Assembly: GCA_963666055.2 (NCBI GenBank)
Contig: CAXWPH010000002.1
Location: 128,001 to 192,000, forward strand
Direction of reading: 5' to 3'
DNA: 64,000 bases
Source: Acidobacteriota bacterium
GTDB lineage: Bacteria > Acidobacteriota > UBA890 > WLXD01
The position numbers and the translations under genes are program-made. Shown one piece after another: positions 57,799 to 64,000 of this stretch (positions within the stretch are counted from its first letter, which is position 1; every line of letters begins with the position of its first letter). The notes below the pieces were generated by a model. That model saw only the letters and a program-made list of their open reading frames with translations, ran no database searches and was not told where the DNA came from.

Positions 57799-58730
57799 GG
57801 CGAACTCTCCTCGCCGCTCTCTTCTTCGTCGAGGTCGTCTCCCATGAGCTCCAGATAGACGTCCTCCAGCGTTGGACGCTTGAGCCGGAGGTCGATTAAT
57901 CGCAGGTGCTGCGATCGCAGCATGTCGCCGAGGGCCAGAATCGTGGCGGTGGGATCACTGGTCGAGAACTTGTGATGAACGCCCTGTTGACCCAGTGCCT
58001 CCACGCCCACCGCCACCATCGGTGCAGGGTCCATGGTGCCGTCTACCTGGATCCAGATAGTGGAGGACTCCTTGGACTGGCCGACCAGATCAAAGGGCGT
58101 GCCGTCGGCTACGATCTCGCCTCGTCGCAGCATGATGACGCGATCGCACAGGTGCTCGGCCTCCTCGATGTAATGTGTGGTCAGCAAGGTGGTGCGCCCC
58201 TGGTCGCGCAGCTCCCGAACGATCTGGTGCAGGTCTCGGCGCGCCTTCGGATCGAGACCTGTCGTGGGCTCGTCGAGCATCACCAGCTCGGGGTCATGAA
58301 TGAGCGCGATGCCGATCACCAGCCGTTGCTTTTCGCCGCCCGACAGGGTGTCGGCCTTCCGGCCGGCCAGCCCCTCGAGGTCGACTCGCTCGAGGATGGC
58401 GTCCGCAGATTGCGCCGACTCGTAGAACGACGCGAACAGCTGGAGCAGCTCGCGCACCGTGAGCTCCGTAGGCAGCGGCGTAGTTTGCAGCTGCACCCCA
58501 AGTCGCTCCTTCAGCTTGCGGCTTTGTGTCGCGGGATCCAGTCCGAGCACCGAGACGGTGCCCGATGTCGGCTGCCGGAGCCCCTCGAAGATCTCCACGA
58601 GCGTCGTTTTGCCGGCGCCATTGGGGCCCAGGATCCCCACCACCCCGCCGCTGTCGATGTCGAGATCGATGCCACGGAGCGCGACTGTCGAGCCGTATTC
58701 TTTTCGCAGCCCCGCTGCCTGGATCACCAT
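57795..58730 (-). CDS. ABC exporter ATP-binding protein
   Basis: GPNGAGKTT, LSGGEKQR, LDEPTTGLD and TTHYIEEAE motifs. Confidence 0.96.
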   Translation of the reverse strand: MVIQAAGLRKEYGSTVALRGIDLDIDSGGVVGILGPNGAGKTTLVEIFEGLRQPTSGTVSVLGLDPATQSRKLKERLGVQLQTTPLPTELTVRELLQLFASFYESAQSADAILERVDLEGLAGRKADTLSGGEKQRLVIGIALIHDPELVMLDEPTTGLDPKARRDLHQIVRELRDQGRTTLLTTHYIEEAEHLCDRVIMLRRGEIVADGTPFDLVGQSKESSTIWIQVDGTMDPAPMVAVGVEALGQQGVHHKFSTSDPTATILALGDMLRSQHLRLIDLRLKRPTLEDVYLELMGDDLDEEESGEESSP

Positions 58731-58737
58731 GCGCGAG

Positions 58738-60006
58738 TCAGCGTGTCGCCGCGCTCGGTGTTGACCGTGGCGCCGCCAACGCCGGGAAGCCGGCGGCTCT
58801 GAGTGCCAGATAAATACCGCCGATTCCGAGAATGATCGCCACCATCCGGATCAAGAAACCGACGTAAGGGATCGCCGCCACGAGGAAGAGCAGCAGCAAG
58901 CCCACGGCGAGCGAAAGGTACTCTGATGAGCTCCGTCGGCCCAGACGGCGCAGCAACCAGTCGCCGATGAACTGCGCCGTCACCAGTCGCGCGATGAACG
59001 CGCCGAGCCCGAATAGCAGTAGCCCGACCACACCCAAGGGCAGGGTGACGATCAAGGCGATAGCGACAAGACACGCTACCGGGAACACCACCGCCACCAC
59101 GAATCCGAAACCGAGCCCTGGCGCCGGGTTGTTGCGTAAGCTCGCCGCCGGCGCACGCGCCGCGGGGCCGCCCAATAGCAGAAATACTGCGCCGACGATC
59201 AGGTTGCTCAGATACGCCCAGACCTTCCAGGCGATGCCCCAGAAGCTGAAGCGCGCCGTTTCGTTGGCCTCTTCGTCATTGGAGTCCACCTCGCGGTTCC
59301 AGCTCAGCGCGCCGCCGATCTGTGCCGTGTCGGCGATCTCGGCCTCCTCGTTCGACTCGTAGGTGACGTCGCCGTGGACGACGGCGGATTCCGCCAGCGC
59401 CAGCTTGCCGACCTCCATGTCGATGGCGTACACGGTTCCGCCGATGTTGGCGTGCCCGGCACTGCCGAGGATTGCTCCGTCCACCGTTCCGTCCATGTTG
59501 ATCGAGCCACAGAAACACATCACGTTGCCGTGGATGATCGCGCCCTCGAGGATCGTGGCGCCGGCAGTGCCCACGTACAGGTCGCCGTCGATCTCGCCCG
59601 ACACCGTGATGCCTGCTACCCAGGCGAAGACGTCGCCCTCGACGTGTCCGGCGACGGTGGCAGTTTGCGCGAAGAAGAAGGCATTGTGCCCGACGTCTCC
59701 GGCCAAGGTGACACTCTGGCCCCACAGAAAGATGTCGCCGCCGACGTCGCCGACGCGCTCGCTCAGCACGCTCATGAACCGCGGTCGTTCCGGGGGCTCG
59801 ACGGCTGCTGTCGCAGGCGCTTGCTCTACGGAGGTTGCAGCCGGCGGCTCCGTGGGGTCCTGTGCCGGCACCGGAGCGGTTGTCGCGGCGGCAACCTCCT
59901 CGACCCCGGCCGCCATCGGTGCCGCCAACAGGAAAATGCCGCCGCACACGAGGCACGTGCTGGTCGTAACAGCGGTGATAATCGTTAGCTGAGTGGCAAC
60001 TCTCAT
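58738..60006 (-). CDS. Bactofilin-like beta-helix repeat protein with a C-terminal multi-TM domain
   Basis: Signal peptide, repeated V.G.V.GD units, then hydrophobic helices (IPYVGFL). ATG 60006. Confidence 0.8.
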   Translation of the reverse strand: MRVATQLTIITAVTTSTCLVCGGIFLLAAPMAAGVEEVAAATTAPVPAQDPTEPPAATSVEQAPATAAVEPPERPRFMSVLSERVGDVGGDIFLWGQSVTLAGDVGHNAFFFAQTATVAGHVEGDVFAWVAGITVSGEIDGDLYVGTAGATILEGAIIHGNVMCFCGSINMDGTVDGAILGSAGHANIGGTVYAIDMEVGKLALAESAVVHGDVTYESNEEAEIADTAQIGGALSWNREVDSNDEEANETARFSFWGIAWKVWAYLSNLIVGAVFLLLGGPAARAPAASLRNNPAPGLGFGFVVAVVFPVACLVAIALIVTLPLGVVGLLLFGLGAFIARLVTAQFIGDWLLRRLGRRSSSEYLSLAVGLLLLFLVAAIPYVGFLIRMVAIILGIGGIYLALRAAGFPALAAPRSTPSAATR

Positions 60007-60098
60007 GCGTGGTTTCCGCGGCTCTGCGGGCAACGCAGCAGGACAGTCTCCAGTATCGCAGCCTCGCAGGGGCACGCCCACGGAATGAAGCGGAATGG

Positions 60099-60156
60099 CC
60101 GGGTGGTCGTGCCACTGGTCGATAGCATCGTCCGAGTGGCCGCCCCGGTGGCCGAT
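60099..60156 (-). promoter_or_regulatory. Candidate LytTR-binding direct repeats
   Basis: Imperfect 25-bp direct repeats at 60099 and 60132 (33-bp period), upstream of a TGcGATACT extended -10-like box at 60052-60060. Confidence 0.4.
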
Positions 60157-60169
60157 GCTGCGGTTATGG

Positions 60170-60943
60170 CTACCATCCGAGCAACTCGCGCAGCTGGCGC
60201 GCGCGCCGCCGGGAGACGTGCACCTGGATGCCGACCGCCGGCCGCAACACGGCCGTGTAGGTGCCCGAGAACATGGGTGCCAGGTGGTCGACCCACTCCA
60301 GGTTGACGATCGCAGCGCGAGAGACGCGAACGAAGGGCGGCGAGGGCAGACGCTCCTCGACCTCGTGGAGCGCTTGCTTGAGGCGGTAGCGTCCCTTCGG
60401 CGTGGCGGCCCAGGTGATGGTGTCCTCCACGCTCACGCAAGCAATGTCCTCGAGCTGGAGGTTGACGATCTTGCCGGCTCGATGACCTGCCAGATGGCCA
60501 CTGACACGCCGGGTGTTTCCTGGTGTTGCGGTTGGCGTTGTCGGCTGATCTTGCTGCGGGTGCCGCTGCCACAGCCCCTGTCGGACGCGCCTCAATGCTC
60601 GCGACAGCTGCTCGCGATCGATTGGCTTGACAAGATAGTCGGTACCTTCGAGGGCGAAGGCGTCGACGGCGTGTTCTTCGTAGGCGGTCGTAAAGACAGC
60701 CAGCGGTCGCACGCTCTCGGGAAGATGTTCGTGCAATGCGCGTAGGGTCTCCAGACCGTCCTTGTCGGGCATGCGGACGTCGAGAAAGACCACGTCGGGA
60801 CGTTCCTCGAGCACCACCTTGATCGCTTCGGTACCGCTTGCGGCCACCCCGACGAGCTCGACGTCGCTGTGCTCCGCAAGCAGGCGTTTCAGGCGGCGGC
60901 GAGCGAGCGGCTCATCGTCGACAGTTACGGCGCGGATGTTCAT
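60170..60943 (-). CDS. LytTR-family response regulator
   Basis: VDDEPLAR, FLDVRMP, FTTAY, DYLVKP and FVRVSRAAIVNL...VSRR motifs. Confidence 0.96.
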   Translation of the reverse strand: MNIRAVTVDDEPLARRRLKRLLAEHSDVELVGVAASGTEAIKVVLEERPDVVFLDVRMPDKDGLETLRALHEHLPESVRPLAVFTTAYEEHAVDAFALEGTDYLVKPIDREQLSRALRRVRQGLWQRHPQQDQPTTPTATPGNTRRVSGHLAGHRAGKIVNLQLEDIACVSVEDTITWAATPKGRYRLKQALHEVEERLPSPPFVRVSRAAIVNLEWVDHLAPMFSGTYTAVLRPAVGIQVHVSRRRARQLRELLGW

Positions 60944-62040
60944 GACGGTATCCTCATCTCGATTCGAGTGCCGGGGTCGAGCTTGGCGGCGACCAGCGTG
61001 GCAGCGCCGCGATAACGTAGCGCGAGGCGTTGCAGGACGTTGGCCAGGCCGCCGCCCGCGCCACCCGTTCCGGGGCTCAGCTCGACGGCCGCTAGCGAAG
61101 AGTCGCCGGCGCTGTTCGCCAGACGGCGTTGCAGCTCATCGGGCAGTCCAGGTCCGTCGTCCTCGACGCACACAACCAGTGTGTCGGTGGTGCACTCCAC
61201 CCTGATGCGGACGGTGCCCCCCTCGGCGCGTGTTGCCACGGCGTGCTGCACGGCGTTCTCCACCAGCGGTTGCAGCACCAATCCCGGAATGCTGCGCTGC
61301 AAAGCAGCCGGGTCGACTTCCTGCTCGAATCGCAGGCGCTCTCCGAGGCGCGCTTTCTCGACTCGAATGTAGTGGCCCACGGCTTCGAGCTCGCGAAATA
61401 GCGGCACGGTGCCCTCGGCGGACGAACGCAGCGTATAGCGCAGCAGATGTGCCAAGTCGCCAACCAGCTGCTCGGCAACGGCAGGGTCATCGTGGGTCAG
61501 CTCGGCGAGCGCATTGAAAGCGTTGAACAGGAAATGCGGGTTGATCTGCGCCTGCAGCGCTTTGAGGCGTGCTTGCAGCGCCGCCTCTCGCATCGCTGCC
61601 TCGCGTGAGCGGGCGGCCTCGATCTCTCGCCGCATGCGCGCGTGAGAGTAGATCACGCCCGCCAATCCCAGGCCGAGGACCACGGCCAGTGCCGGCAAGG
61701 TCACGGCTTCCCGCCAGCGAAGCAGCCAGTATGAGGGCGGTTCGCGTACCAGCGTCGCCCAGCTGGTAACGATGGTCCCAAGTAGGATGAGCGCCTTGTC
61801 CAGAGGGTTGCGAAGGTAGGCGGGAAAGCTCGCGTAGCTCGGCTCGACGAGGCGACGGAAGACGATACCGCTGAGTCCACCGCAAAGCAGGGCCCATCTG
61901 GGCTCCCAGGCGCTGTGCAGGTACCAGAGCAGCAGCAGCGACACCAGCGCTCCGCCGAGAGCAGCGCCGAGGTCCGAGACCACACCGCGGACGCCGCGTC
62001 GGTGCGCCGGTCGCCCTGGCACGGTTGTCTCGGTAGTCAT
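60940..62040 (-). CDS. LytS/YehU-type histidine kinase
   Basis: LKALQAQINPHFLFNAFN, LQPLVENAVQH, DDGPG and GLANVLQRL motifs. Confidence 0.95.
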   Translation of the reverse strand: MTTETTVPGRPAHRRGVRGVVSDLGAALGGALVSLLLLWYLHSAWEPRWALLCGGLSGIVFRRLVEPSYASFPAYLRNPLDKALILLGTIVTSWATLVREPPSYWLLRWREAVTLPALAVVLGLGLAGVIYSHARMRREIEAARSREAAMREAALQARLKALQAQINPHFLFNAFNALAELTHDDPAVAEQLVGDLAHLLRYTLRSSAEGTVPLFRELEAVGHYIRVEKARLGERLRFEQEVDPAALQRSIPGLVLQPLVENAVQHAVATRAEGGTVRIRVECTTDTLVVCVEDDGPGLPDELQRRLANSAGDSSLAAVELSPGTGGAGGGLANVLQRLALRYRGAATLVAAKLDPGTRIEMRIPS

Positions 62041-63212
62041 GTGGTGAGCTCGCGTGGTCGTAGGACGAGCAGCGTTATGTCGTCGGCCCGCTCGGCATCG
62101 GGTCCGGTGTGGCGATGGAGCGCGGCGAGCACCGCAGCGCTGATGTCAGCTGCGGTGCCATGACGGTGGGCTTGTGTCACCTGCTCCAGGCGCCCCTCGC
62201 CGAACTCCTCGGCGTGGCCATCTACAGCCTCGGTGACGCCGTCGGTATAGATCAACAGGATCTCGTCGAGCTCCATGGTGCGCTCTTGCAGCTCGTACTC
62301 GCTGTCGGCGAACAGCCCCAGCGGTCGCCCACCGCCGAACAACCGGTGCACTGCATCTGGGCCGATGATCAGCGGGGGGTTGTGGCCGGCGTTCACGTAG
62401 CGCAAGTATCCAGCCAGTGTCAGATGCCCGACGAAGAACGTCGCGTAGCGTTCGGGTGCGGTGCGCTCGACCAGGAAACGGTTCACCAGGCGGCAGATTT
62501 CGGCGAGGTCGTCATGTACCGAGTGGGCTGCAAGAAACGCGGATTGTAGCGACGACATGAGGAACGCGGCAGGCACACCCTTGCCGGATACGTCACCCAC
62601 GGCGAAACAAATGCCGTGCTCGCCGCGGTCGAGAACCTCGTAGTAGTCGCCACCCACCTGCCGTGAGGCGATGTTGACCGCATGTGTCTCTACCCACGAC
62701 CGGGTCGGCGCTCGTCCGCGCAGCAAGCTTTGCTGGATTCGACCGGCGATCTGAAGGTCGTCCTCCATCCGCTGCTTGGCCTCGATCTCCCGCTCCAGGC
62801 GCCGGTACGTATAGATCAGCGACGCCAAGCCGAGGCCCAGGATTACACCCAATACAGGCAGGGTGATCGCCTCGCGCCAGCGCAGCAGCCAATAGGATGC
62901 CGGCTCGCGAGCGAGCGTGCCCCAGGTGGCGAACACCGTCCCCAGTGCGATCACCCCGACGCTCAACGGATGTCGCAGATATGGAGGGAACGCCGAGTAG
63001 CTGGGGCGCACGAACCCTCGCGTCGTCACGCCGCCCAGGCCGCCGCAGACAAGCGCCCAGATCCAACCCGGATGTCGCTCGCCGTGCAGATAGAGCAGGA
63101 GGACGTATGCCAGCAGCGTGCCGATGGTGGCTGCCAGCAGGTCGGCAGCGAGACGCTGCCCGATGCCCGGGTCGGGCGCTGATTCGCCGATTGACGCCGA
63201 TGCAGTCGTCAT
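62037..63212 (-). CDS. Membrane-bound PP2C (SpoIIE/RsbU-type) phosphatase
   Basis: IQQSLL, VGGDYY, GDVSGKG, NAGHNPP, YTDGVTEA and DDIT motifs. Confidence 0.95.
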   Translation of the reverse strand: MTTASASIGESAPDPGIGQRLAADLLAATIGTLLAYVLLLYLHGERHPGWIWALVCGGLGGVTTRGFVRPSYSAFPPYLRHPLSVGVIALGTVFATWGTLAREPASYWLLRWREAITLPVLGVILGLGLASLIYTYRRLEREIEAKQRMEDDLQIAGRIQQSLLRGRAPTRSWVETHAVNIASRQVGGDYYEVLDRGEHGICFAVGDVSGKGVPAAFLMSSLQSAFLAAHSVHDDLAEICRLVNRFLVERTAPERYATFFVGHLTLAGYLRYVNAGHNPPLIIGPDAVHRLFGGGRPLGLFADSEYELQERTMELDEILLIYTDGVTEAVDGHAEEFGEGRLEQVTQAHRHGTAADISAAVLAALHRHTGPDAERADDITLLVLRPRELTT

Positions 63213-63243
63213 TCGGCGGCGACCCCGGATCCTGCGGCGCGGC

Positions 63244-63807
63244 TCAATTCGCCCGCGTCAAGTACTCGCCGGTGCTCGTATCGACCCGAACGCGGTCGCC
63301 CTGGTTGATGAACGGAGGAACCTGGATCACCAGACCAGTCTCCAGCGTAGCCGGCTTGGTCTGCGCCGCTGCGGTGGCGCCTTTGATGGCCGGATCCGTC
63401 TGCGTGACCACCATCTCGACGGCGCCGGGAAGCTCGACCCCGAGGGCCTCCGTACCCACGAAGGTGACTTTGACCTCGGTGTTCGCCAGCAGGTAGGGCA
63501 GCTCTGCCTGGAGCTTGTCAGCGGTCATCCCGGACTGCTCGTAGGTCTCGAGGTCCATGAAAGTGTAGAGATCGCCGTCCAGAAAAAGGTATTGCATGGT
63601 GCGTCGGTCAACGTGTGCCGTTTCCAACGTTTCGGCAGAGCGGAAGCGCTTGTCGATCAGCGTCCCAGTGCGCAAGTTGCGCAGCTTCGTCTGCATCACC
63701 GCTTGACCTTTCCCCGGTGTGACGTGGGTGAACTCCTGGACACGTAACAGCTCACCGTCGACTTGCAGGACCATGCCCCGCTTCAACTTCGTAGCCGGAA
63801 TGCCCAC
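63244..63807 (-). CDS. efp: Elongation factor P
   Basis: HVTPGKGQA, TKPATLETG and VPPFI..GD.VRVDT motifs. AGGAGAG RBS before GTG 63807. Confidence 0.97.
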   Translation of the reverse strand: MGIPATKLKRGMVLQVDGELLRVQEFTHVTPGKGQAVMQTKLRNLRTGTLIDKRFRSAETLETAHVDRRTMQYLFLDGDLYTFMDLETYEQSGMTADKLQAELPYLLANTEVKVTFVGTEALGVELPGAVEMVVTQTDPAIKGATAAAQTKPATLETGLVIQVPPFINQGDRVRVDTSTGEYLTRAN

Positions 63808-64000
63808 CGATGGCTCTCCTGGTGAGGTGACTTGCTGTCTGGCGCCCACTGTCGGCTCGACGCCCTCTGCGGCCACCCGGATTCCCCAGAGCGTACCGTG
63901 CGTCCGAGGGGATTTCGACCACCGGGCTGTGCTGCGGTTTCAGCCAAACAGGTGGCGCAAGAAGAAACCGATGTTGGCGGGACGCTCCGCCAACCGCCGC

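Overview
This is a GC-rich bacterial chromosomal window. Three PadR + ADOP-type duplicated ABC-permease cassettes and the overall gene set suggest Acidobacteriota or Gemmatimonadota; this is an inference, not a classification. About 55 genes are recognisable, including rpmB and efp. No rRNA, tRNA or CRISPR array is visible. The main highlight is an isoprenoid locus at 22.0-33.7 kb. It contains a coupled alternative (haloarchaeal/Roseiflexus-type) mevalonate operon: type-2 IDI, archaeal-like class I HMG-CoA reductase, mevalonate kinase, MVD-family decarboxylase and isopentenyl-phosphate kinase, with no phosphomevalonate kinase. A single-enzyme-type squalene synthase follows. It converges on an RND/MMPL + PhnD-like binding protein + TPR lipoprotein trio that matches the architecture of the BstABC bacterial sterol transporter. 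Other notable items: a 2TM-HAMP/type IV pilin fusion; a histidine kinase and a PP2C phosphatase that share a near-duplicate membrane sensor domain, upstream of a LytTR-linked ABC/CPBP module; a CTAG-targeting MITE family overlapping stop codons; PadR operator palindromes with differing spacers; several apparently leaderless genes; and repeated internal deletions or chimeric genes, which may be genome decay or assembly artefact. Family assignments come from motif recognition, not database searches.
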